Positions 12,901 to 23,220 of a stretch of 64,000 bases of DNA are shown here, one piece after another. Under the pieces are notes generated by a model. It was not told the DNA's origin. It saw only the letters and a program-made list of their open reading frames with translations, and ran no database searches. The stretch's first letter is position 1. Each line of letters opens with the position of its first letter. The DNA comes from Guillardia theta CCMP2712 (lineage: Eukaryota; Protista; Cryptophyta), in NCBI RefSeq assembly GCF_000315625.1, contig NW_005434655.1, positions 34,637 to 98,636 on the forward strand, written 5' to 3'. A program made the position numbers and the translations under genes.

Positions 12901-13544
12901 ATCGCCGACGGCTCGATGGAGGAGGAGGCTGACAGCTGCACGTGCATCTTTCTTCTGATCGAGTCAAGCTTCTCTCGCGGTATCGCCACTCGTCCCTCCC
13001 CGATCTCACTCATCACCATCAACGTCTTTGCCGACAAGGTCCACGGGGGAAGCAGCGCAGCCTTCCGTCCGTCCTCTCCCTGCCTGCTTCCGGGTCGCAC
13101 CCTCCTCCCATACCCCCAGAACTGAGCTTCTGCGCGCTCCTTGTGCTTCAGCGTCAGCTCGAACTTGCTCATCGCCTTTTGGTCCTTGAGTGTCATGTGC
13201 AGCGTCTGCGGCAGCTCCAGGCTCTCCGGGCTCCTCCATTCCTCCCCGCTGCTCCATCCCTGCCCGTTCTGTCGTCCTGCTCGACTGGCGCCAGCAGAGC
13301 GAGGAAGAAAGTTCAAGGCCAACCTACGGGGCCCTCCATCTGCTGTTGACACTGCTCGCCGTAGCGTCCCTCCGAGATCTCTTGGTTCATTCCACCCAAC
13401 GCGCTTCATGCTCTTCCTACTGCCGCCTGCTGATATCTTCATGATGCCTGACCTCTCCCCTCCTCCATCCTCGCGGGTCGGGGGATACATGTCCTCAAAC
13501 ATCGCAGAAAGGTCCCTCCCTCCCTCCTTGTCTCTACCTCGCAT
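6921..13544 (-). CDS. 2207-aa intronless multidomain protein: RNI-like LRRs, ankyrin repeats, about three C2 domains, MIB/HERC2-like modules, IQ motif and acidic coiled coil
   Basis: LRRs (LxxLxLxxNxIG). ANK (RTALLRAAMAG; GVTPLMVAAKH). C2 (VVRARNLPAADLSGSSDPFV...VEVYDWDWLSKSDLLG). IQ (IKLQKVFRG). Single open frame of 6.6 kb. Confidence 0.9.
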   Translation of the reverse strand: MRGRDKEGGRDLSAMFEDMYPPTREDGGGERSGIMKISAGGSRKSMKRVGWNEPRDLGGTLRRAVSTADGGPRRLALNFLPRSAGASRAGRQNGQGWSSGEEWRSPESLELPQTLHMTLKDQKAMSKFELTLKHKERAEAQFWGYGRRVRPGSRQGEDGRKAALLPPWTLSAKTLMVMSEIGEGRVAIPREKLDSIRRKMHVQLSASSSIEPSAMHGMRQRTLLLRESPMLAVLPRELLSEQDSMCVSVCDKQSAQGSLRELMADPLVSFLLANGLQVNAEELRELVQGVRVVALRENSMEDKDVCCIAGGLTHADRVTAVIIQDNSIGEAGLEALSVALSTCGELRCLDLSRNKMEGESLRHAAMLLLPCPCHHVLQSAIREDKVSVVTSFLQHVGESAATILVKGDTLLMTAAEHEALDVMKYALRSGASMEDRDEHRRTALLRAAMAGKLLSVRFLREQGAHMSVQDKHDSSVLDMAVRSGKIKVVEYLIREMTLAEPTLQVKVTRMFLHRSLFDLIAFLEGESEGGEDQGKGEGEGEKAGSVSADQGQAPRVFLRLLVKSVMVGEYEVTKEQRQGSPNLIVSCEGIRHLLPCCISLQVVCAARDRSFLLASSSLPLSGISDVQAWCTLRDEGGEQEGQEGQEGQEGQEGQDVHGYVHLSCKMCGQEILRESVTGKNAILEAIRNGQEEVAKQLLSSCHSVDFSSRDGVTPLMVAAKHRRRAVVRYLLGRDADPMATNCKSMSAYKFAQQSEDKHVLDLLRFYLKVKNSVGVTVDQWPSFADYTRSKLRRRGEREGVREAEDFVASKLTVQVVRARNLPAADLSGSSDPFVTLDLNGQKKKTQVKRKTLSPEWRESFEFEDLTRGVWSEQTLVVEVYDWDWLSKSDLLGVVRVPISLAQLLSEKRVSHWFQLEDADGKLVMATADANEQQGRRSEVELSFSYCEGRGSFFQLEVRRAINLFSLQPRKLFVSLLGVELELETGRISETSDFWWGESFRFPLKEDGGEIDLVVRDAAKMKEEEAVVAAASLPLELLREMYEVGLTELPLSLPGAVRVTKDGEEATPAVLVLGFSFSRFEEEGEGTHELDESKAPAQTLLSLRAQRRLMKSAIKVGDAQGVMEEAFREALRVNGGSVPLERLCELVVETGIDLTEEDVRVRTRFFCGAGGQLDNYGLFVLVLGLHQVFRSRSSSGEGARLVVGREVEPRVGLPVIVREEGEELEQLLAKTLSGPGVITRVEEEAVEVMWDYSGATSTFSSSSSPGSESSIALLSVWSPSKEEVAELKRFVNAHVHAREGQMVRRSGGAKGSRGQVMEVKHGADEASSSCSVVWEDSKTVEECRIGKDGEFELILDSKPSSIASSDLSHLQQEHVVNKLTRLVLDGNHLGDVGATALGAMLSRNQSLSLLSLCDNWIGPEGSTALAEGMKGNEGIETLRLNGNVIGNQGMPAFLDLLGSSPSSRLSCLELSGNAIGQAGVRVLARALVDNSRLTRLDLSHNLLGADGAAYLRKGLERSVGLRELLLDRNMLGDSGFMQVALAFSQGMKGAMNRSLTLLSVAGNNISDKGVMHMRDMLGRECKLSIIELEGNEVSPAALALLHEKLAVNAEAQQLEAAVIKLQKVFRGSRQRAREKRRRRRKSQRSLAPPPPPPPRSLIRQVSDALLKAARAGTSRKDVTALAPPTASTPYDWEDNQTMERMEALGMMAMQQHAMLKAAMSASDVEEEELKRMMEEYKTTYEAFSVMIDNATSYLDLETSHIDDIIQEASLLGDDDEDAERMALAGDERQEARAEEKEREEREEREEREEREEREEQEEREDGRKAGGEVKEEGELDEHADMVLTSVKLHVYNVGNAVLEEQLAAEQLARDAGMRVLEATEKYMKMEEHLRRVIESEDTSDQDVLLALDALQAAKEEAARVVQEAEVAEKSAELVLSSTALADVEAQEREIALALSTMPSSSQQPRRAEEEEEEEEEMQGGDKGFSDGAHAQHKEDGVEEWLEGRTRQEELIADDWQGERRRAEHERWIRGQRVDENVHEKDAYEQPWQRSEEQKHRFNFLNVQEEEEDEEEEEVMMVEEQEEQEKQKFLAMAESANHLVNFHHQIRRMLEVKEVDHAEVERSLQEFVRAKEEAMTYFDDMYKSVEHEIEDVLRELQENGISAQDLNENDRGAQGEDEQEMARRAAEEARRMVQGWKESAEQELMAARQ

Positions 13545-13897
13545 CTCAGGTCTTGAGTTCCTCTTGCTTCAATACCTTCTGCCTATCCCCTGACTCCCCT
13601 CTCTGCTGCCACTCCTCCTCCTCCTCCTCCTCCTCCTCCTCCTCCTCCTCCTCCTCCTCCTCGCTCGCCTCCCACTCTCCCACTCATGTTCCTGCCATGC
13701 CCAAAGTGGCTACCGTTGGTCCTCATACAGCACAATGGTGGGCTACTGGCTGAGGCGAGCTTGGACTACTGCATGAAACCCTCACTGATAGGACTGAGCC
13801 TTTACTCTGAGATGACGTGAGTGCTGGGAAACGTGAAATCTGTTGGCCATGACTGTGTTGAGTCGGTTCAGTCAGGATCGAGTGAGTTTACTGACAC

Positions 13898-15580
13898 TTA
13901 GCGCATCATGCCTTGCATACGTTGGATGGAAGCTTCTTCATCCATGTTGATGCGAATCAACGAGTCGCTGACTTGAAGGTCATAGAGAATGGGAGGAAGG
14001 CAGAACTGGATCATCCCGTACTCTCCGTTCACCATCCAAGAGGGAGATGCCTTGCTCAGCCTTTCAGAAGCTTCGTCATCTACCCCGATGGCGAGCGGGG
14101 CTTTGCAGGTGCGGAGAGCCGTGACTGAGCAGGGGAAGTAGCTAATGATGTCTTGAAAGAGCTCGTTGGTGTTCCACGTCCGATCTCCCAACAACTTGCG
14201 GTACATCAAGTCGCCCTGAAGGAGCGTCAGCGACGCCTCTCGATCGCGCCTGACGTACCTTGCAGATGACGAGATCGACATCTGCCAGGGAGTCGCGAAC
14301 ATTCAGGGGCATCTCCCACATGGGCTTGGGGGAAGCTAGGAAGAAATTGAGGTCTCCGTCGCCCTGTAGGCGTATCCTGCCATCCTGAATGTACTGCAGC
14401 AAGTCCGCGGCAACCTGCGACACGCCTTACACGCCTCACTCTCTCACACGCCCGCATGATTGCCGACCTGTTGCTGGTTAGCATTGGAGCTCAGCCTGAG
14501 CGTCTCTATCGTGGCATGAACGTCTGCCACCGTGGCGTCGGAGACGAAGAAGGGATAGGGCTTCAGCTGCAGTACGACAGTGGAAGAGGGCTTCGAGGAG
14601 ACCAGGTAGTGGGCAAGGGCCAAGTCAGACACGAGCTCCATTCCGGAGTTGTCGTTGAAGATGTGAATGACAGGCACTTGCTTGCGGTCCAGTATGAGGA
14701 ACGAGAGGCTCGAGTCGTCGACTATGAGCCTCGACTGCTCCACGTCGGAAATTCCCTTGGACGACATGTCTTGCACGGTGAACAGGCTGCTGTCCCCCTG
14801 ATTCCCCCACAGCGACATGTGCAGGAGCGACTTGAAGTCCTGGAACGACCACTTGCCCTTGGCCTGCATGCAAGTCTGCATCCTGACGTCTACCTGAGGC
14901 AGCGCCTGCTCCAGCGCCTCCTTCTTCTCCGCCGCGAACACGTCAAAGCCATATCCCTTGGTGCCCGGCTTGAAGTATCCCGTCGCTTCCAGCAGTCTGT
15001 GGTAGACGTATGTCTCGGAGACGTACCAGGGGAGCTCGTTCCTAGCAGGCGTCAGACCAGGCAGAGGAAGGAGGAGCAGACCAAGTGGCTCCGCGGGACA
15101 GGTACTTGCTGAGGTACTCGTTCCATTCCTCGAACCTCGGACAGTGAGTGAGAGGTGAGATCTGCTTGTTGCTTCGCATCTCGTCGGCTATCGCGCCTTG
15201 CATCCACCCGTCAGCATAGAGAACGAGGCAGGCAGGCATGGCAAGCATGGCAGGTTGGAAGGAGGGAGGGAGGACGTACTGATTGCTTCGAGGCACTCCT
15301 TAGGCAGAGAGTTCTCGTTGTATTTCACCGTTCTTCCGAGAATCTTGGTTGGAACTCGATCTGTCATCGTATCGCGTACGAACGGATCTGAAATATCCAG
15401 CGGGTACGGGAGCGAGATGTCTAAACTCCCTTCCGATCTGTCATCATTCACGAGACGGTCAGCGATGAGGATGGGTCATGGAGAGTTTTGAAAGTCATGG
15501 AAGCAGAACGAGAGGGGAAGGCAGAGAGCCTACCTTTCTACTGATCCTGCACATCCGGAGCCAGTCGGGAAGATAGACAT
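13898..15580 (-). CDS. DUF89/ARMT1-like damage-control metal-dependent phosphatase, multi-exon
   Basis: LWGNQGD, IFNDNSGMELVSDL, LKPYPFFVSDAT, spliced ICK|GDLMYRKLLGDR and LRTCKA. Exons are joined by short GT-AG introns; the start codon is approximate. Confidence 0.85.
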
Positions 15581-16384
15581 CGACCCCTGTCCTGCTCCAG
15601 CCCTCTCTTTCACTTGTCGCTCTGCATGGCAAGGTGACTGCTGGAAAGTTGCAAGACACGAGAATCTTGCTGCACAACCACCTCCCATCCCACCACCTAG
15701 AAACCAAGTCTCAAGTCTCTCACGTACTTCTGCATGGCAAGGAGGAGGAGCGGGGGCGCAACGATGAGATGTGGAAGGAGGAGGGACGGAGAACATGAGA
15801 GCTCGATGCTGGGAGGAACGCCATCGCCTCATCCGCCATCATCGCCCCCATCCCTACCATCGCCAACCATTTCCACATGTGAACCATCTTCTTCTTGACT
15901 ACCCTACCCCTGTGGATTTGCAGGAAATTTATAATAACCCACCCTTGGTAGAACTGAAATCTAGGCTAGGATACACCCCTTCAACACGAATAAACTACCA
16001 CCCCACCTACCCTTCATAACAAAATTCTGGCCCTCATCCCCTGACACTCATCTCCCACATACTACCTACTTGCCCTCATCCCCACACTTGCCCCTGCCCG
16101 CCTCAGTGGCTGCCCCTCATCCCTCCGCGTGCACCGGAAATAGAGCAATGTCCAGATAGCGAGCGCGGCGGCAGGCTGGAGGAGACAAGGGTGACGACGA
16201 TGTTGGAGAACGCCATGAAGAGCTGAGAGAGACAGAGAGAAGAAGAGGAAAGAGAGAGAAGGAAGGAAAAGAGGAGGAAGAGCATCAACAGCTAGCGCGC
16301 TCTGCCGATCGAATCGCTGTCCCTTCGTCGTATGGTTCTTGTAGGACTCTGAGGAGGCTAAGGACTCGAGCAGCTTGCTACAAG

Positions 16385-18282
16385 ATGGGAGCATTGCGCA
16401 TCGCGGCGACTCTGTTTCTGGGTGTTGCCCTTGTCATGGTCACTGTTCATCACTTGCAAAGTACCGATCGACGGGCTGAGCTGGGATGGCGATCGGAGGT
16501 ATGAGAAATGTGGCCATGTTGTATTTGTACTGAGGGGGAGCAGGTGACGCCGATGGAGGTTGACCGCCAGGTGGCTATGGTGCCTTCTCAGGACGTGACG
16601 TTTGTCGTGCGCAACGCTGATCCGAGGGTTGCCGAGAGCATCGGCGAACTTTTCGACCAAGGATATGTGAACGAAAGGGAGGCGCCGGAGTCTGTTTCAT
16701 ACGAGCTACCAGTCAGCTCGAACAGCGTAATCCTTCAAGAGCCTGTGACGCCGATCGCAGCAGAGCAAGAGACTCTCCTGCCTCCTGCCACTGCACCAGT
16801 GTCGGTACAGCAGCCCACCTTTGAAGTCTCCGGCGAGCTGGAGCCTGTTGGTTCTGTTGCTGTCCAAGATGGGGAGAGGAGGAGGAGTGCGGGGGGAGTG
16901 CAGCTAGGCGAGCATGCAGCCAAGGTGAAACTTGATGCTCTTGCGCGCATCATCGATCGGAGTGAGAAACTGTCGAAAAAGAACGAAGTGAAGGAGGAGG
17001 AGGAGGAGGAGGAGGAGAGCAGCGGAGGGCGGGAGAAAATGCAGCAGATGGTCGAAGAGAACAAGAAATCCCTTAAGGATCTCAGCATTGCCATGGAGCG
17101 GCAGAAGCTTGTCAATGCAGGAGACTACAAGCTCCTCTACCTGAAACTTCAGCGGGTTCGGGAGGCTCTTCACGCTCTTCAGCTGTCCTCCACTTCTGCG
17201 ACTTCGCAGCTGAAGCGGGAGCTGCTGCATGCTCAAGCTCTCATCTCGAGAGGAAAGTCGATGCTCGTTCAGCGTCAGCAGCGTCAGCAGCCAGCGCGAC
17301 AGCCTGCAGAGCCCCTGGCTGCTGACGTCACCCCCGAGTGCGCCAAGGCTCAAGTCTTCTGCTCTCCTCCTTCAGCCGCGCAGGAAGCCGCGAGGCGAGA
17401 GGGAGGCGGAGCGTGGAGGAGGCTGGGTGGCTTGAAAGCTGTCAGTGACGACGGGGGGGAGGAAGGATCGCGGGAGGAGAGGAGGGGGCAGGACCAAGAT
17501 CCTGAGACCCTGTTCTCGGGGTATCACCTAGCAGGAGGTAGGCATCCGGGTCAAGACCTGAACAAGGCAAGGGAGCAGTTCCTCCTTCACAGCATGAGGC
17601 CGTCGAGGAGGAGTCAAGACCCCCTGGCCCAGCGCAGGATCGCCATATCCCAGTCGCTGCTGCGAACAGCTGAGGGAGGAGCCGGGGAGTCGCAAGCAGA
17701 GAACGAGGGGCGACCGAGAAGGGGAGACGCTGGTTCCTTAGCACGGAACGTGGGAGGGTTAGGAGGAAGACGGGGAGAGGAGGGCAGGAGAGAGGGAGGA
17801 GGAGAAGCGGGGGGGGGAAGCAGAGGGCAGGAGAGCTGGAAGGTGGAGCGAGTCGGCAGGCAGTCGAGCAGCGAGAGGCTTTCAACGTGCAATGGCGGAG
17901 AAGAAAGAGGTGAGGAAGAGGACGAGGAGAAGAAAGACGAGCAAGGGGTCGCGGGAGCGATGAGGGAGAAGCGGGTTGGAAGGGGGACAACAAGCGAACT
18001 TGACCTGGAGGAGGAGGAGGAGGAGGAGGAGGAGGAGGAGGACGGAGTGAGCGAGTTGGTCTGACGAGCTGAGCAGGAGCCATACAAGTATGCCATGACA
18101 GGGCGAGTATTCGAGCACTTCATGCATAACCCGAACCCCCGCCAGCTCAGCACCAGCTGGGATCAGCAGCGCAAGGGCGCGCGGCAGCACGCGGAGGTGA
18201 GAAGTGGGGGAGGAAAGAGCAGAGCTGAGGGATTATGCAGACACCGCGCGGGTACCTGGGGTCAGGCCGGAGCTTCGGATGA
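16385..18282 (+). CDS. Hypothetical secreted or signal-anchored protein with a coiled coil, multi-exon
   Basis: MGALRIAATLFLGVALVMVTV hydrophobic N-terminus. Intron 16499-16543 joins in frame to ORF 16508-18064, with further exons near 18077 and at 18241-18282. Confidence 0.55.
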
Positions 18283-18466
18283 GAAGAGGAGGAGGAGGAG
18301 GAGTCCACTAAGGTTAAGAGGAGGAGGAGGAGGAGGAAGAGTGCACTAAGGTTAAGAGGAGAAGGAGGAGGAGGAGGAGGAGGAAGACGGGTTCACGTTA
18401 TGTGAGATGTTATAATGTAATGTGTCAAGATGAGTGTACCACTCCTCATCATCATCTTTTCCTCCT

Positions 18467-19075
18467 CTACATCTTCTGCTTCTCCGAAGATCCTGATCCC
18501 GGTCGACTTCCTCCCCTCGTCCCTGAGTTCGGCCTGCTGCCTCGCCGGAAGGAGGAGGAGGAGGTTGGGCGAGACTCTGACGGAGGGTTCGGTACCAGCA
18601 GCTCCCTCACTCTTCCTCCTCCGTCAGGCACTGAAGCATGTGACCTGAGACTGTCCTCCCTGCTCTCCTCCTCCCCCTCTGCCTCCTCCATCGCAGATAG
18701 GAGGAGCTCTCGGACCTGCTGCCTGCCTGCCATCCCTCGTGCTCGAGCTTGAATCTTCACCGCTGCTGCTGCTCTCCGCGCGTCCTCCTCCTCCTCTGCG
18801 TTGGAGCGGTGTGACGTCTCCTCCTCTCCTCCCCCCTCCTTCCCGTCCACTCCTTTTCCCTCCTCCTGCTGATCAGACAGAACTGATATGCTGGCGAGCA
18901 AACGACTTCCCTCCTCCTCCCCGACGCTCCTCCCTCCTCCCTCCTTCTCCTCCTCCATGTCCCCGTCAACGCTGAGCAGGAAGGTCGAGTCATAGTTGGC
19001 GCTGCCGTCGCCCTCGTTGGAGTCTGGACTGATGGCTCCGTCCCCCCGGTCAAGGAACTGAGCATCCTCCTCATC

Positions 19076-19111
<36 letters not shown>

Positions 19112-21160
19112 GTGGTCCTCCTCTTCCACAGGCTGCTTCTCTTCGTCCTGGGGACGAGAATTCGCAGCATCCTGCAGAACAACTTCCTCTACTCCATCCT
19201 CCAACTGTTCGCGCTCGTTCCTCAGTTGCTCCTCCTGGGCAGCTCGTGTCCTCTGCTGCTGCTGAACTGTGGGAGGGGGATCGGCAGGCCGGCTCGAGTC
19301 CTTGCGGAGGAAGGAGGAGGAAGAGACGCTGGACAGCTCGGAAAGGGGAGCATCCTCGTCGTCCAGCCCCAACGTCGCCATGCTCTGACGTGATGAAGCT
19401 CGAGAGCTCTGAAGGTCATGGAGGAAGCGACTGATCGCGCTCCTCCTCGCTTCTGGGAGCCTATCGGAGATTGCGGCGAGGGCCTGCTCAGAGTTAGAGG
19501 AGGAAGAGAGGTGGGAATGGGGATGAGCAGGAGGAGGAAGAGGAGGAGGAGCAAGATGAGCAGGAGGAGCAAGACAAGCAGGAGGAGGAGGAGGAGGAGG
19601 AGCAGCAGCAGCAGCAGCCGCAGCCGCAGCACTGGCAGGAGCTGCAGGAAGAGGAGGAGCAGGAGGAAGAAGAGGAACCTTGCTATGCTGACGAGCTTTC
19701 TCCATCATGCTCTGGAGGGCCTCGAGCTTCTCTTGTTGTGTCATTTTCTCACCTCTGAGCGCCGTCAGCTTGTCAACTCGCATGTCCATCAGCTGGGCCA
19801 TGAGCTGGTTGGTCATGCCCTGCAGCACCTCCTTCTCTGCTCGCAGCCGCGGGATCTGACAAGAACAGATGAGAAGAGAAGAAGAGGGAGGGAGAGAGGA
19901 GGGAGAGTGGTAGGAGAAAGAAGAAGGAAAGACGAGGAGAGGAGGAGGCGAGAATGAGGAGAGGAGCAGAGGAGCAGAGAAGCAGAGGAGGATAGAAGAG
20001 GGGGAGGAGATTCTAGCGTGTGAGGATGTGGGGCAGCAGGAAGACAAGCTGAGAATCACCTGCTCCTCCGCGTCCTCTTGTCTTCTCCTTCCCAGCATGA
20101 TCTCTCTCTTGAGGTTCTCAACAACTTCCTCCTTCTCCCTCAGCCTCTCCTCCAGCTCCAACATCGACGCCCGCAACCTTGTCAGTTCCTTCTCCTTCTC
20201 CTTCATCCTCTGCCGCAGCTCTGCCCGCTCCTCCTCCCCGTCTTCCTTCTCTTCCAAACTTGCGATCCTCTTCTTCGCCTCGTTTAGCTTCCCCGTCAGG
20301 CTCTCTGTCGTCGACTTGTGCGAGTCGCTCGCCGCCTGCAGCTCCTGCACCTGCAGCTTCGCCTCCTCCACCTGCAGCTTGAGCTTCATCTCTCGCTCTC
20401 TCAGCTCCATCTCCCTGCCCGCCATCGTCAGTCCAACCTCCTCGTCCTCGTCCTCGTCCTCGTCGTGCTCCATATCCTTCTCCTCCTCCGCTCTCGCTCT
20501 CCCTCCTTCCCCCTTCCCCTCTCCTCCTCCTCCTCCTACCGCTTGTGCGCGGTCTCTCTCTCCGCATACATCTGATCCTTGAGCTCGTTCAACTGCTTTC
20601 CGCTCCTCGCCGCGTCCTCCTGCGCCTTTTTCACCTCCTCATAGAGCGTCTCCTGCTCCTTCCGGGCCAGCTCCTGTGCCTTGAATCTTGCCCGTGACGC
20701 CTCCGCCACTGACTCTGTGAGGGTAGTGATCTCCTGTTGCATCCTCTTCCCGTCCTCCTGACTTCTCCTTGCAGCCTCCGCCTTCTCCTCCCTCACCCCT
20801 TCCAGCTGCTTTCTCAGGGTTGAGATCTCCTCCTGCAACGCCGACATCGCCTCCTCCTGCAGCATACAAGGTTATCCACATGCTTCCCTCCTCTTCCTCA
20901 GCTTCGCTCCCCCCTTCTGCTCCTCCCTTCCCTCTGCAGTCGTCTATCTTCTCCTGTCGACATCTTCGTCGTCCTCCCTCCCCTCCTCCCTCCCCTCCTC
21001 CCTCAGCTCATTCTCACTTTGGCTAGGAGGCTGGCCTGCTGAGCATTGCTCATCGCTTCCATCTTTGACTTGTTTGCATCCTCCAGCTGCTTTTCCGCCT
21101 GCATGAAAGTCAGAGGAGGATTGAGCTGGAAGAGGATGGGGAGGGGGAGGGGGGGGGGGA

Positions 21161-21200
<40 letters not shown>

Positions 21201-23220
21201 AAGTTTTAAGCAGGCGACAAAGGGGCCGACCAGCTCAAGTCGCTTCTGGTAGCTCTTCACCTCCAGCTTGCTCCTCTGCAGCTCAACGTTAGTTGGGGTC
21301 CGACCTTGACAGCGAGGGCAACAACCTCCACCTCCGCCCCCAGCAGACGGCCAGCTGCCAGCTCCTCCTCTAGAGCCCTGCTCCTCTCCAACAGCCTCTC
21401 CCTCTCCAGCTGATGCCGCGACTCCTCCATCTTCACCCTCACGCGCTCGTTCTCGAGCTCGCTCTCGAGGCTCATCAGCTGCCGCTCTAAGTTTGACTTG
21501 CCCACCCTCAGCGCGCTCATCTCTTGACTCTTCTTCTCCCCCTCCTCCTCCATCATCCGGTAGGAAGCCTCCGCCTCCTTTCTCTGCTTCTCCTCCGCCG
21601 CCGCCTTCTCCTTCGCTTCCTTCAGCCTCTGCTCAGCTCGTTAGAGGCGCAGGTGGGGAGCAGCTGGAAATTACGGCGAGGGAGCCCGAGAGCTCCGAGC
21701 GGGAGGAGGATAGAGAGTCTTCGAGCTCGTGGATCTGCTTTCTCAGGACTTCCATCTCCACGTTGAAACTGCCAAGTCAAAATGGTCAGCCCTCCTGCTA
21801 CCCACTGCCATCTCCTGCCCCTGCCCCCGCCCCTGCCTCTTCTCCTGCCCCTGGCCCTGGCCCTGCCTCTGCTCTCTCACCTTCTTTCCAGGTGGTCTTT
21901 GTCAACTCTGCATTGCGCGTATTTCGTCTCCACGTCTTGAAGTTTCTGCGTCAGGATGATGACGTCATCCGCTGCTTGCGCCATCGTTGCCTTGAGGTAA
22001 TGTCAGTCACCAGGAGAGAAAGAGGAGGAGGGAGGAAAGTAGACGCAAGGACCTGAGTAGGAACAAGAGGGAGGATAAGGGGACGGGGGCAAGGGAGGGG
22101 GACGAGGAACAGAAGTAGGTGCAGGAGAAGGAAGGGAAGAGGAGGAGGCACTGGGGTACCTGCATCTGCTCTCTAGCTTCCTTGAGGTTTCGCTGCAGCG
22201 CCCCCGAGTCTTTCTTTACCTCCTTGTGCTTGCGAAGAATCACCTGCCTATCGCTCATCACCTGCGGAGAGAAGGACAAGTCAGCCAGCAAGCAGAGATG
22301 GCAGGAATATGAGCTGACGAGGTCAGAGAGAGAGGGAGGGAGGGAGGAGGGAGGGAGGGAGGGAGGGAGGGAGGGAGGGAGGGAGGGAGGGAGGGAGGGA
22401 GAGGGCAAGGAAGGAAGGGGGACACAAGTAGGTAGCAGGAGGGGTACCTGCTTCTCCAGCCGGGCAAGCTTTCCCTCGAGATTCTTGTGCTCTGCCGCGA
22501 ACTCCCTGCTTCCTTCCTTCTTCTTCAGCACCTGGCACTGGAACCGAACGTCCCTGAACCCTTGCAGGATGGGATCTTTCAGGTTCTCGTACTCAGACTC
22601 CTCCCATGCTCGCCCGTCTGCTCGCGACAGGTTCGAAATTTCCTCCCGCACGTCCAACGGCTCCCCGACGTCGCTCGACCGATCGGAATGCATGTCCCGA
22701 GGAGACGAGCTCCGCGGCCTCCGGTTCTCGTGCCTGTTCTCCTCGTCGCTAGCCCGATGCTCCTCCCTCCTCCCGAAGTCTCCTCGGTGTGTCTGCAGGC
22801 CGTACGGGTTGGCCCTCAGGTTGTCTCGTTGGGGGTCGGCGCGCTGGTCTGGGGTGGGGAGGCGAGGGAGGCGGATGGATTCTGGTTCAGAGAAGGTAGG
22901 GATGAAGATGCTGGTGCCCGAGACCTTCTCTCTGTTGGGGTCAGCAGCAGCATGCAGCTGCCGTTGCTTGATGGCAGTTGACTTGGATTTCTTGCTCCCC
23001 TTGGCAGATTCGTTGCCAAAGATGAGCTGGAGGAGGAGGTCAGGAGAAGCAGCAAGTGAGCGGTGGCGGGGACTCACCATGGTGAAGGCGCCTTGATAGG
23101 AATCAAGATGTTGTGCCCTTGGTTGGCGGCGATGCTGTCCGACTTTTCGTGATGTTTTCTTGCTGAGACCTGAGGAGTTTGGTTCATCAGCTCGTGAAGG
23201 TATAAATTGGGTTATTCCCT
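18467..23220 (-). CDS. Large coiled-coil protein with a C-terminal IQ calmodulin-binding motif, multi-exon
   Basis: E/K/R/Q heptad exons in ORFs 22007-23080, 21257-21556, 20536-20865 and 18467-20473, separated by pyrimidine-rich repeat introns. AAVKIQARARGMAGR is an IQ motif. The 5' end is uncertain. Confidence 0.65.

Noticed and set aside
6983-13593. Numerous long antisense or alternate-frame ORFs over the giant gene (also over AOX, Kelch and ASL)
   Set aside because: Shadow ORFs expected from high GC3 codon usage.
13790-13815. U5 snRNA loop-like GCCTTTACT
   Set aside because: One T short of the invariant loop, with no supporting stem or Sm site. No tRNA, rRNA or snRNA gene was recognised anywhere in the window.
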